A stretch of DNA of 64,000 bases from Candidatus Woesebacteria bacterium (lineage in GTDB: Bacteria; Patescibacteriota; Microgenomatia; UBA8517), in contig CP066686.1 of NCBI GenBank assembly GCA_016432365.1, forward strand, positions 938,918 to 1,002,917. The letters run 5' to 3'. This document shows positions 53,203-62,913 of this stretch, one piece after another; position 1 is the first letter of the stretch, and the number at the start of each line of letters is the position of its first letter. The notes beneath the pieces are model-generated. The model made no database searches, was not told the origin of the DNA, and saw only the letters and a program-made list of their open reading frames with translations. Position numbers and translations under genes: made by a program.

Positions 53203-53495
53203 AAAAAAGCCCCTCTGAACACCGACAAACGTCAGTATTCAAAGGGGCCTTACTAATTCCTAGTTTCTAACGACTAGTTACTAGTCCGACGGTACCACCC
53301 TTTTTCGACTTTCCAAAAAAAATCCGTCTTGCGACGGAAAACTGAAAAATTGGAAAAATCCTCTTTTCAGAGCTCCGCTAATTGCGACACTCTTTGTCGT
53401 ATTTTTACTGTTGACTTCAGTCGTAGTAATTTCCCTAAGGAATTTCTCCTACGCAGCTCGTCTACTGCGGTAGACTCAAACGCATTTATTAAACT
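53203..53495 (-). promoter_or_regulatory. T-box riboswitch with intrinsic terminator
   Basis: Minus-strand AAGGGTGGTACCG T-box, then GCCCCTTTGAATACTGA...TCGGTGTTCAGAGGGGC-T6; promoter TTGACA-17-TAATAT at 53531-53503; upstream of the argS operon. Confidence 0.8.
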
Positions 53496-53728
53496 GAAAG
53501 TGATATTACAACAACCTTTTTCCCTTGTCAAATCGTCTCCAGCCTTGACTTTTGACCAAAAATAGCCTATAATTAACACTTTGAAAGGCCAATTGCGGCT
53601 TTTGTGAAATTCTTAGCACTTTTATAAAAAGAAAGAAAAACAGTTTTGTGGCTGGATTAGAGTGCGCTTACGGTGCTTTCTAACCCAGTCACTTGGCTGC
53701 AAAAAATTGTAGTGAAAAGGAGTCATAA

Positions 53729-53950
53729 ATGGACAAAAACAAAAATACTGTAGATTTCCTCCTCGTAATTATTGCCACGATTGTGGTAGGAGGAATCGTC
53801 CTCGCAATTGTTTACTATGCCGGGCCGGCAATCCTGGTGGGAATCCAAAGTTGGTTCAAACAAGCGACCTTCCCCGAAATCGGAATGTTGTTCATCGCTC
53901 TCTTCCTGATCGTTTTGGTCTCCGGTTTTTTCCGGAACCTCCGTCGGTAG
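53729..53950 (+). CDS. Small 2-TM protein
   Basis: AAGGAG SD; TTGACT-17-TATAAT promoter; hairpin in the leader. Confidence 0.7.
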   Translation: MDKNKNTVDFLLVIIATIVVGGIVLAIVYYAGPAILVGIQSWFKQATFPEIGMLFIALFLIVLVSGFFRNLRR

Positions 53951-54128
53951 GGGAAATTTGCTCGTTGGGCTGAAGTTTGCTCTTCGAGCACGCAATTTTT
54001 CTTTTTTTTCTTTCTTTCTTTATCTCGGACAGGAGCATTTGTCTATTATTTTTATCCAATAGATATTTGTCTCCTGTCCGTGCACGCCTCAATTGCTTTT
54101 TACTGCCCCTTTCGAATACAATGCTGGC

Positions 54129-55142
54129 ATGTCCAAGGAAAGACCGGCAAAACCTACATTTAACCTCCCCAACCCCACTGACGACGACCTTGCTCAAATT
54201 GAAGAAAAATATATAAAAAATTACAAATTTGATCATTCCCTAATCACAAACGTAGAAATTGACGACATGTTGGGTTTGCACCTCGCAAGCCTGCCTCAAA
54301 TCAAATTAAATTCCCTGGAAGAAGATATTGCCCTGGCCAAACGTATCGAAAAAGGCGGCGAGGATGCCTACGAGGCCCGCGAGGCTCTTCTTTACTCCGT
54401 CGCCCATATGGTAATCTCCGAAGCCGCAAAACGCGCCAAAGACAAGCAAACAATGATGGATTTGGTCCAGGAAGGAAATCTAGTTCTTTGGGAAAAGGCT
54501 ATTGAGGGGTATAACTGGAGACGCGGTTTTAAATTTTCAACCTTTGCTATGTGGTGGATAAAAGCAGCTCAATCGCGGACAATCAACAGAAATTCAGGAG
54601 CCTACAGAATTCCTGAAAATGTAATTTACTCTTCAAGAAAAGTCCGGAACACCATGTATCAACTTACTGCCGAAAAAGGTCACACACCAACCTTGGAAGA
54701 CATTTCGGAAAAGACTGAGATTAAACCGGCAAGAGTAAAAAAACTGCTGGATTATACCCGGCAAAGACAAGTCTCACTCTCTTCAAAAATAAATCCACAT
54801 GACGACACGGAAATAGCAGACCAGTTAGAAGATGAAAACGCCCCCTACCGTAACTCACTAGAAGACCAAATCGACGAAAATGATATAACGGAAACTTTAA
54901 AAAGAAAAGTCGATTCGGAGTTGTCAAAGCTCATTTCAAGGCAGAGAGAGGTCTTAAAATTTAGACTGGGAATTGGCAACCAAAACAAATGGAACGGAGA
55001 ACGCATGACATTCGAACAAATAGGAAAAATCATGGGCGGCATTACCAGGGAACGCGTTAGACAAATTCAAAGGGATGGGCTTAGACATATTAAAGACAGA
55101 GAGGTTCATGAGTTACTACTGACAATCCTTTCCACACACTAA
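54129..55142 (+). CDS. RpoD/RpoS-like sigma70 factor (non-primary)
   Basis: DLVQEGN, GFKFSTFAMWWI, YRIP, ITRERVRQI. Confidence 0.93.
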   Translation: MSKERPAKPTFNLPNPTDDDLAQIEEKYIKNYKFDHSLITNVEIDDMLGLHLASLPQIKLNSLEEDIALAKRIEKGGEDAYEAREALLYSVAHMVISEAAKRAKDKQTMMDLVQEGNLVLWEKAIEGYNWRRGFKFSTFAMWWIKAAQSRTINRNSGAYRIPENVIYSSRKVRNTMYQLTAEKGHTPTLEDISEKTEIKPARVKKLLDYTRQRQVSLSSKINPHDDTEIADQLEDENAPYRNSLEDQIDENDITETLKRKVDSELSKLISRQREVLKFRLGIGNQNKWNGERMTFEQIGKIMGGITRERVRQIQRDGLRHIKDREVHELLLTILSTH

Positions 55143-55349
55143 ACTTGACTCCAAGGCCCGACTTGATATAATACCCACTATAGGTTACTAGCCTTAATTT
55201 GTTGAAAGGACCTTAAAATGAGGAATAAGAATCGTCCAAAATGGGCAGTAATTTTTTTGCTGTCAGTGATTTTTTGTTTAATCGTTTTAATTGCAACGGT
55301 ACTAAACCCTCTTGCATATTATGTTTTCAATCGCTGAAAGGAGCGAAAA

Positions 55350-55709
55350 ATGAAAAAGAAAGTTTTTTTGATTTTGATCGTGTTTATTGCCTTAACCGCC
55401 TGCGCACCCAAAGCTGTAAATTCGACTGCCGTTGAAGCACCCAAGCCATCTGAATATACAAACCTTGAGGCCACCGTCTTTATTGGCAACTACTGGCAGG
55501 GGGCTTGCGGGGATTCGTGGATGATCTTTGTACAGGCATCGGATTCAGGAAGTGTAACGCTTCTTGAGGGGAATCCCAACGTCAGCCTTGTTGCAATCCC
55601 ACGCAAAGCGCCAGGCGCTTTTTTCTCAGGATGTAAATTCATCCGAGTTGTTCCCAACGAACAAGCCGGCAACGGAGACTGGAAAGTAAAAATTTACGGC
55701 TTGCCGTAA
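55350..55709 (+). CDS. Putative lipoprotein
   Basis: MKKK-hydrophobic-LTAC lipobox; GAAAGGAG SD. Confidence 0.8.
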   Translation: MKKKVFLILIVFIALTACAPKAVNSTAVEAPKPSEYTNLEATVFIGNYWQGACGDSWMIFVQASDSGSVTLLEGNPNVSLVAIPRKAPGAFFSGCKFIRVVPNEQAGNGDWKVKIYGLP

Positions 55710-55717
55710 AAAAATTC

Positions 55718-55790
55718 AAGAAGAACTGAAGGGAAACCCCTTTCTTTCAGTTCTTCTGCTTTACCTCGCCGAAGTCTTGACGAAGGCGGG
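55718..55790. terminator. Hairpin between convergent genes plus REP-like palindrome
   Basis: AGAAGAACTGAAG/TTTCAGTTCTTCT; CGCCGAAGTCTTGACGAAGGCGGG. Confidence 0.65.
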
Positions 55791-55794
55791 TCCC

Positions 55795-56628
55795 CTACTT
55801 TCCAATCCAATACTTCTCGCCATCTGTCGAAACAATAACATCACCACCCATATCAGTTCTCAATACTCTTATGTTATATTTACCTAACAAGTCCAATATT
55901 TCTTTGTGTGGATGGCCGTAAATATTATTCTTTCCGACACTAATTACCGCAACTTGAGGATATAATGCTTTTACAAGCATTTCGGACAGACCATTCTTGC
56001 TTCCATGATGATTCACTTTGAGATAGTTAACCCCTTCGACTTCGCCCAGGGCTGATAGCCCATCACTAATTTTGTTTTCAACATCCGCTGTAAAAATAGC
56101 CTTGAATTTGCCAAATTTAAGCAGATCCACAACGCCAATATTATTTGCATTGGGATCACTGAATCCACTATCCGGATTAAGTATATCTAAATATATCATT
56201 CCTACCCTGAGTACCTGACCTGTATGTGGCCTTATGACCTTTGTACCACTACCCCCCACCTCTTTCTTTAGCACTTGATAGTCAACACTGCCAGATTCAA
56301 CATTGTTATACAAAAAATTGTCCACTTTATATCTTTTAAAGACTTCTATTAGCCCAAAATAATGATCTTTCTGTGGATGGGTTGAAATTGCAAGTTCTAT
56401 CTCTCGGTCCCAAAATGGAACATGCTTACTAAGACATTCCAGAACTCTGTTGTTTGGTCCGCCGTCGGTTAAAATTTGAATATTCTTATAAATAACAAGG
56501 ATTGCGTCCCCCTGCCCCACATCACAAGCGACTATGTGTAAATACCCATCCGGCAACTGAAATATTGCCATTACAATTACCGATAAAATTAAAATTAAAG
56601 TTATATAGAGATATTTCCAAATTTGCAT
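55795..56628 (-). CDS. ComEC-type metallo-beta-lactamase domain protein
   Basis: DVGQGDA, STHPQKDH, HHGSKN, YGHPH, RTD. Confidence 0.93.
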   Translation of the reverse strand: MQIWKYLYITLILILSVIVMAIFQLPDGYLHIVACDVGQGDAILVIYKNIQILTDGGPNNRVLECLSKHVPFWDREIELAISTHPQKDHYFGLIEVFKRYKVDNFLYNNVESGSVDYQVLKKEVGGSGTKVIRPHTGQVLRVGMIYLDILNPDSGFSDPNANNIGVVDLLKFGKFKAIFTADVENKISDGLSALGEVEGVNYLKVNHHGSKNGLSEMLVKALYPQVAVISVGKNNIYGHPHKEILDLLGKYNIRVLRTDMGGDVIVSTDGEKYWIGK

Positions 56629-56629
56629 A

Positions 56630-56735
56630 ATTCAAAAGTCAAAATTTAGAAATCAAAAATACAAGTTAGAAGTAAAAATACAAACTTTTGACTTTTTACT
56701 TGAAATTTTGAGTTTTGACTTTTACCTTTTGACTT
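56630..56735. repeat. Inverted 7-nt array hairpin
   Basis: AAAAGTC AAAATTT AGAAATC AAAAATA CAAGTT... / TTTTGAG TTTTGAC TTTTACC TTTTGAC. Confidence 0.85.
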
Positions 56736-57792
56736 AGCTAAATAGTTCTACTATTCTCACAAACCACCACAAAAGTGAATAGCTTAACCAAAGTATTATT
56801 TTACCGAAAAATGGCATGACAAGTCCGACAACCCCACCTACGCTTCCCAAAATCATAATATAGGGAATCGTCCAAAGAACTAGGGCGTTAATTAAAGGAG
56901 ACCATATATTAAACTGTCCAAATGTAACAAACAATATCGGGGCTACACCGATTTGAGCTGCCAAAGATGTAGAAAGTCCTTCTCTAAGTAAACTGGGGAT
57001 CTTAAGTAACTTTGAATTGATTCTTTTTTCAAAAAGCATAAGTGAGGCCGTTGAAACAAAAGACAATATAAAACCAATGTCGGTTATCCAACTTGGGTTA
57101 TATACAAGCATTGCCCCAGCTGTCAGGAACAAGATCCGCATTGTAGACACCATCCGCCCAGTTCCCTGCCCCAAAAAAATAATAGAAGACATTATAGCTG
57201 CCCTCACGAGCGGTGCATCAAAACCCGACACAAAGAGATACAAAATAATACCTAATATAGCAAACACTATCGCTTTTCTTCTGGTTAAGTACAATGTAAG
57301 AACTCCCATCAAAAAAGATACAACGAAAGTTATGTTGGTTCCTGATGCAACTACAACATGGGCCACTCCTGCAAGTTTTGTCTGATTATAAAAATCCGGT
57401 GAAAGCGCCCCCTTGGACCCAATTACAATTCCGCCCAATAGACCCCCTTCCGGCTCCGGTAAAGCCTTTTGATAAAAAGAAATTATGTTGTTTCGAAATA
57501 GCGATGTAAAACTTTTTGAAGGACTGGTACTTATTAATTTTGGATCCTCTAATTTTCCGCTGCCGACAACTCCCTCAACAACAATTTTATCGCCGTATGA
57601 TATTTCCGGAAAAAGCGGGAGCTTAATTTTTAGTCCGGTAACTTTTAAATATTGCCCGGTGGAATAACGGACCGGGTCGGACAGTATTGTGGTAGTTATA
57701 CGGACCCGGTCGCCAATATGGTAAACGGGGCGGGTTGTGAAATATCTAAAAATAATTAGAAAGATTAATAGAAACCAAATTAAGTATTTCAT
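56734..57792 (-). CDS. comEC: ComEC/Rec2 competence channel (split from its MBL domain)
   Basis: GVAHVVVASGTNI, PLVRAAIM, DIGFILSF. Confidence 0.92.
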   Translation of the reverse strand: MKYLIWFLLIFLIIFRYFTTRPVYHIGDRVRITTTILSDPVRYSTGQYLKVTGLKIKLPLFPEISYGDKIVVEGVVGSGKLEDPKLISTSPSKSFTSLFRNNIISFYQKALPEPEGGLLGGIVIGSKGALSPDFYNQTKLAGVAHVVVASGTNITFVVSFLMGVLTLYLTRRKAIVFAILGIILYLFVSGFDAPLVRAAIMSSIIFLGQGTGRMVSTMRILFLTAGAMLVYNPSWITDIGFILSFVSTASLMLFEKRINSKLLKIPSLLREGLSTSLAAQIGVAPILFVTFGQFNIWSPLINALVLWTIPYIMILGSVGGVVGLVMPFFGKIILWLSYSLLWWFVRIVELFS

Positions 57793-57793
57793 T

Positions 57794-57903
57794 AAGTCAA
57801 AAATCAAAATTTAGAAGTCAAAAATACAAGTTAAAATTTAAAATTGTAACTACTTTTGCCTTTTGAATTGTAATTTTGAATTTTGATTTTTGCATTTTAA
57901 ATT
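57794..57903. repeat. Inverted 7-nt array hairpin
   Basis: TCAAAATTTAGAAGTCAAAAATACAAGTT, nearly identical to the 56630 copy; T arm nearly identical to that of the 3746 copy. Confidence 0.85.
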
Positions 57904-57904
57904 A

Positions 57905-58534
57905 TTAGTAAACACTTATTTTATCTTTAATCTTTTCGTACAAACTTTGTTTAATAGCCCCCTTGGATACCAATTCTTCTGTAGTTGAGTACGGTCTGTG
58001 TTCAATTATGTTTTGGCCGTATACTTGGCCAATTCCGGGTAACGAGTCCAGTTGATTGAGGCTTGCGGTGTTGATGTTTATTAATGTGTTACTATCGGAT
58101 GAAAAAGTGGATGATGTAGTTTGATCCCCACCACCAGTTTTAGCAATCGTTTCATTTGACTGCTGATTGGCGTTGGGTATGTACACCTTTTGTCCGTCTG
58201 TTAGTTTTGCGGCGCGGTTTAAATATTTATCTGTCCAAACTCTGTCGGCATTAACAGAAAACCCATTGGAAATAACTAAAAGATCTTCAATACGACTATC
58301 ACCGGGGAGTTTATAAACTCCGGGTTTTACTACTTCTCCTGCAATTTCCACTATTATCTCCCCGACTGTTGAGTTATCCGTACTTCCACTTAGAACTTCT
58401 ACTTTTGTCGATGGAGATACCAGTCCGCTTTTAAAAAAGAAAACCCCAGCGCCAGTGGCGATTAACCCCCCGAGAAATATTAAAAGAGGATAACGAAAAC
58501 GGTTTAACAGTTCATCGATATTGAAGCTGTGCAT
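57905..58534 (-). CDS. comEA: ComEA DNA receptor (SLBB + HhH)
   Basis: IAGEVVKPGVY, LTDGQKVYIP, ININTAS...LPGIG. Confidence 0.95.
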   Translation of the reverse strand: MHSFNIDELLNRFRYPLLIFLGGLIATGAGVFFFKSGLVSPSTKVEVLSGSTDNSTVGEIIVEIAGEVVKPGVYKLPGDSRIEDLLVISNGFSVNADRVWTDKYLNRAAKLTDGQKVYIPNANQQSNETIAKTGGGDQTTSSTFSSDSNTLININTASLNQLDSLPGIGQVYGQNIIEHRPYSTTEELVSKGAIKQSLYEKIKDKISVY

Positions 58535-58554
58535 TACTAAACTATACACCAAAA

Positions 58555-58755
58555 TCAAATGCGCATTTCATTAAGCATTGCTACTCTAATCATCCGCCTG
58601 AGTTCCCCATGAGGTTGAAGATCGCTTTGTGATGCCATATTCGTATCAAATGAAGGCCTATCTAAAGTTTCAGGATGTTCCTGCAAATACTTGCGTTCAC
58701 TGTCCGCAATGTGTTTGTTCTCCATCGCCTGTAAGTATCGTTCGAGTAGGCTCAT
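58555..58755 (-). CDS. Small hypothetical protein
   Basis: Start overlaps the leuS stop region; fills the gap to comEA. Confidence 0.5.
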   Translation of the reverse strand: MSLLERYLQAMENKHIADSERKYLQEHPETLDRPSFDTNMASQSDLQPHGELRRMIRVAMLNEMRI

Positions 58756-61340
58756 ATTACAAAATTAATTACCTTACCGGATATAAAAATTGTCTTTTTA
58801 ATAGTTTGCCCTTCCAACCACTTTGTCACATTGGGGTCAGATTTGGCCAATTTGGTTACCTCAGATTCTTGCTTCGAGATTTCAGATTCCAGCTTCATTG
58901 ATGCGCGAACTTTTCCGTTGATTTGGACTACCACCGTAACCTCATTCTGTACAATAAGCTTGGGGTCGTAGGATGGCCAAGGAGACGCATGAATACTAAA
59001 AGGCATACCTAATACCTCTACCCATATTTCTTCCATCATGTGTGGCGCAAAAGGGGCCATGAGGCGTGCCAAAGCACTTAAGACCTCAGAAGTCTGATGA
59101 CTGATATTTGGTGTCTGAATCGAAGTTTGATTTTCGATCTTCGTTTTTCCGACTTCGTTTCTGATTTCAGACTTCTGACTTCCGGCTTCTGTTAGTGTAT
59201 TCACCAGTTCCATGAGAGATGAAATTGCCGTATTAAATTTATAATTTTCTACGTCCTCCCCCACTTTTTTGATGGTTTGATGAAGCTTTGATAAAACTTC
59301 TGTGTTTTCCTCTGTACTATGTACTTTGTACTCTGTACTAAAGAGTCTCCAAACCCTGCCTAAAAACCTGGCTATTCCTTCGACTCCGGTTATACTCCAC
59401 GGTTTCATTACGTCAAACGGTCCCATAAACATTTCATAAACACGAAGCGTGTCGGCTCCGAACTTTGGAATAATATCGTCAGGCGTGATTACATTCCCCC
59501 ATCTTTTGCTCATCTTGCGGGAATCGGGTCCAAGTATCCACCCCGGGGCACGGAGCTTTAAAAATGGTTCGTCTCCTACAGATTTATCGATTAGACCTTG
59601 GTCAAATAAGAACTTCCAAAAAAATCTGGCAAAGAGCAAATGCTGAACAACATGTCCACCCCCCACATAATCATCAACCGGAATAATATTTTCTTTTGAA
59701 GCAAATTCGTTTTTATTCTTTGGGTCGCAGAACCTCATAAAATACCAAGAGGAATCAACGTAGGTATCCATTGTGTCAACTTCGCGCTTTACCTGCTTTC
59801 CACAAATAGGACAAACTACATCTTTCTGAAAAGTTTCGGATCTGGCAATGGGACTTTCACCGTGAGGTAAAAAATCTACATCAGAAGGTAACTTAACAGG
59901 TAAATCTGTGTCGGGAACCGGTTGCCAACCATCGTCTTCGCAATAAACCATGGGGATCGGACAACCCCAATAGCGCTGACGGGAAATTAACCAGTCACGG
60001 ATGTGATATGTAACGGTTCGCTTCCCCAAGCCCTTGTCCTCAAACCAATCCATTGTCTTTTGCAATCCTTCTTCAAAATCTAAACCGTTCAAAAAGTCGG
60101 AATTAATAAACCGACCCTCCATTCCGTGCTCGATAACCTGATCCTTCTTTGTAATTTCGGAGGCGTCGCCGTCTTTACCTACAATGACACGCACAATCGG
60201 AAGCTTATATTCCTGAGCAAATTCAAAATCGTTTAAATCATGTCCCGGACAACCTTGCACCGCCCCAGTACCCACACCAGCAACCACAAAATCAGAAACC
60301 CAAACAGGAACTTCTTTATTGTTTATGGGGTTGGCTACATATAATCCTGTAAACACACCGGTTTTTGTCTTATTGGACTTATTAGCCACATTTGTCGAAT
60401 TAGATGAACTAGAAAGATGCTCTTTTATATATTTTGCAACACTTTCCTGATAGGCTTTTGGCAACTTAAGTTCCTTAAGTAGCTTATGCTCCGGAGACAG
60501 AACCAAAAATGTCATGCCAAAATTTACAGGAGCTGTTGTGAAAACTTCTATTTCTTTATCCGAGCCAACAACTTTATAACGAATATTTATCCCCTCTTTT
60601 CTCCCAATCCAATTAATTTGTTGTCTTTTAACTTCATCTTCCCAATCAATTTTTTCTAATCCCGATATTAAACGGTCGGCGTAGGCAGTGATTTTAAAGA
60701 ACCACTGATCCATATCTTTCTGTATTACTTCTGTATCACACCGCTCACATTTACCCTCAACAACCTGCTCGTTAGCTAAGACTGTTTCATCTTTAGGGCA
60801 CCAGTTTACGGGAGATTTCTTTTTGTAGGCCAAACCTGCTTTAAATAACTGAATAAATATCCACTGTGTCCATTTATAAAATTCCGGCGAGCTTGTGTCG
60901 ATTTCCTTATCCCAATCATAAGACATGCCACTTATTTCCAGCTGACGCCTAAATGTTTTTATATTCTCGTGAGTGGATTTATCAGGGTGGATTCCGGTTT
61001 TGATTGCATAATTTTCCGCCGGAAGCCCAAACGCATCCCAACCCATTGGATGCAAAACTGAATGCCCCTTCATCCTAAAATATCGGGAGAGGATATCTGT
61101 ACCGACATAACCCTCCAGATGTCCTACGTGCATCGAGGCACCTGATGGGTATGGAAACATATCAAGAACATATCTCTTTTTCTCCCCTGTTCCGGGAGTC
61201 TTGTAAATTTGTTCCTTAGCCCACTTAGCCTGCCATTTAGCCTCTACAACCGAATGGTCATATTCTTTTTGCTTGCCCGTCGAAGCCTTGGCGGAGTCGG
61301 GCCACTTGGCTTCTGTTTTTTTATGGTTGTACTTATCCAT
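58752..61340 (-). CDS. leuS: Leucine-tRNA ligase
   Basis: MFPYPSG..HVGH, DWLISRQRYWG, KMSKRWGN, VVQINGK. Confidence 0.98.
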   Translation of the reverse strand: MDKYNHKKTEAKWPDSAKASTGKQKEYDHSVVEAKWQAKWAKEQIYKTPGTGEKKRYVLDMFPYPSGASMHVGHLEGYVGTDILSRYFRMKGHSVLHPMGWDAFGLPAENYAIKTGIHPDKSTHENIKTFRRQLEISGMSYDWDKEIDTSSPEFYKWTQWIFIQLFKAGLAYKKKSPVNWCPKDETVLANEQVVEGKCERCDTEVIQKDMDQWFFKITAYADRLISGLEKIDWEDEVKRQQINWIGRKEGINIRYKVVGSDKEIEVFTTAPVNFGMTFLVLSPEHKLLKELKLPKAYQESVAKYIKEHLSSSSNSTNVANKSNKTKTGVFTGLYVANPINNKEVPVWVSDFVVAGVGTGAVQGCPGHDLNDFEFAQEYKLPIVRVIVGKDGDASEITKKDQVIEHGMEGRFINSDFLNGLDFEEGLQKTMDWFEDKGLGKRTVTYHIRDWLISRQRYWGCPIPMVYCEDDGWQPVPDTDLPVKLPSDVDFLPHGESPIARSETFQKDVVCPICGKQVKREVDTMDTYVDSSWYFMRFCDPKNKNEFASKENIIPVDDYVGGGHVVQHLLFARFFWKFLFDQGLIDKSVGDEPFLKLRAPGWILGPDSRKMSKRWGNVITPDDIIPKFGADTLRVYEMFMGPFDVMKPWSITGVEGIARFLGRVWRLFSTEYKVHSTEENTEVLSKLHQTIKKVGEDVENYKFNTAISSLMELVNTLTEAGSQKSEIRNEVGKTKIENQTSIQTPNISHQTSEVLSALARLMAPFAPHMMEEIWVEVLGMPFSIHASPWPSYDPKLIVQNEVTVVVQINGKVRASMKLESEISKQESEVTKLAKSDPNVTKWLEGQTIKKTIFISGKVINFVI

Positions 61341-61379
61341 TTTGCAAATTATATATCTTGTCATATACTTTTAGAAGAC

Positions 61380-62060
61380 ATGCAATTCGTCTCACCCATT
61401 TTGGCCGTCATCACAGTTGTTCTTGCCTTTGTAATCTCCGTAAGCCCGCTTTCGGGTTGGGGTCTACAGATTACTGCGCTTATGGTCATCATTTATGTCG
61501 GAACTTCTTTCCTGATTAGAAAAGGTATGCTTTCAAGTAGCATCAAGGTTACCTTGGATGTTATTATCTTCTCCCTTTCTGTCTCGCTTTTACTTTTTAC
61601 AACAGGAGGGTTTAATTCACCTGTTTTCTTTTTAAGTTATTTTTTACTTTTTGGGGTTTCTTTATTCTCCTCCCCAATTACCGCAACAGCAATTACGGTT
61701 ACCTTTGCCCTGCTTTTTGTTGTCTCACCAAAACAGGACTTCTGGATCGATCTACTTCAAATCGGATCATTGCTGGCTATTGCCCCCCTATCCGTCCTTT
61801 TTGGAAAACAATATTTAAAGGTACTGGAAGATAAAAAGATGATTACGGGCTTGTCCCAAAAGATTCAGAAAAATAAAGTCGACGTGACCACCTGGACCGA
61901 AGGGGATTTTAGAAGGCGCGTACTAAGAATTCAGGAGTATCTGCAAAAACTTCTTGATGACCCGAAGGTAGAAACAGATAAAAAAGAAAGAATCAAATCT
62001 TTGTACAGGCAGATTTATGACTTATTTTTAAGCGGAACAATCATGGAGAAAAAAATTTAG
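61380..62060 (+). CDS. Multi-TM membrane protein with helical C-terminus
   Basis: TTGGFNSPVFFLSYFLLF sensor-like motif; no kinase domain. Confidence 0.75.
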   Translation: MQFVSPILAVITVVLAFVISVSPLSGWGLQITALMVIIYVGTSFLIRKGMLSSSIKVTLDVIIFSLSVSLLLFTTGGFNSPVFFLSYFLLFGVSLFSSPITATAITVTFALLFVVSPKQDFWIDLLQIGSLLAIAPLSVLFGKQYLKVLEDKKMITGLSQKIQKNKVDVTTWTEGDFRRRVLRIQEYLQKLLDDPKVETDKKERIKSLYRQIYDLFLSGTIMEKKI

Positions 62061-62063
62061 TAT

Positions 62064-62798
62064 ATGGCAAAGTTCATCCCCGCGTTTTTCGTTTTATCGC
62101 TATTCGCTCTTCGTTCTTCGCTCTTCGTTGCCCCCGTGCTCGCCCAAGCCGAAATCAATTCTCCAAATTATATTATTCAGATGCCAAATTTAAATTCCGG
62201 CGCAGGGCTTCCCACCTCGAGTAACTATAAAGTGAGTTCGACCATAGGCCAGAACGCTGCTGGTCTGTTTTCGTCCGCAGGATTTCGCGTTAAATCCGGA
62301 TTCCAATACATTTACTCAATCATTCCTTTCTCTTTTACTGTTTCATCTACTTCCATCAATTTTGGACACCTTGTGGCGTTAACACCGTCAACTGCCACCA
62401 ACACCCTGACTGTAAGTAGCGGAGGCGCGGGAGGATACCAGGTTAAGGCCTCGGAAAACAATCCTTTAAAGATTGGTAGCACAGGAACCACAATCGCCGA
62501 CACAAGTTGTGATAGCACCTGCAGCGAAACCACGGCCGGAGTTTGGACGTCATCTTCCCGATACGGTTTTGGATTTAACATGTCCGGGGATGATATCCCG
62601 GCCGACTTTACCAACTCAACCTATTACCGCCAATTTGCAGACCGAGCAAGCGCCGAAAGCCCTCAAGTTGTAATGTCATCTATTTACGTGGGAACAAACA
62701 GGCAATCAACGGTTACATACAAGGTAAACATTTCCGGCGTCCAACAATCGGGAATTTACAATAATATAATTACATATACAGCAATTCCGAGTTATTAA
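62064..62798 (+). CDS. Exported Ser/Thr-rich beta protein (WxL-like C-terminus)
   Basis: Signal peptide; INFGHL; GIYNNIITYTAIPSY. Confidence 0.75.
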   Translation: MAKFIPAFFVLSLFALRSSLFVAPVLAQAEINSPNYIIQMPNLNSGAGLPTSSNYKVSSTIGQNAAGLFSSAGFRVKSGFQYIYSIIPFSFTVSSTSINFGHLVALTPSTATNTLTVSSGGAGGYQVKASENNPLKIGSTGTTIADTSCDSTCSETTAGVWTSSSRYGFGFNMSGDDIPADFTNSTYYRQFADRASAESPQVVMSSIYVGTNRQSTVTYKVNISGVQQSGIYNNIITYTAIPSY

Positions 62799-62913
62799 AG
62801 TCAAAAATCAAAAATAAAAATGCAAAAATTCAAATCAAAAATCAAAAGTTCTTTTAATTTTTTTAACTTTTTAATTGTATTTTTTACTTTTTACTTTTTA
62901 CTTTTTACTTTTA
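62797..62913. repeat. Inverted 7-nt array overlapping the next gene's signal peptide
   Basis: AAAAATC AAAAATA AAAATGC ... TTTTTAC x4. Confidence 0.8.

Noticed and set aside
53329-53579. Short ORFs on both strands
   Set aside because: They lie in the T-box leader and divergent promoters, with no SD or leaderless signal
55795-57792. comEC pseudogene split by a repeat
   Set aside because: Both parts have intact motifs and the MBL ORF has its own N-terminal TM; split ComEC is a known arrangement
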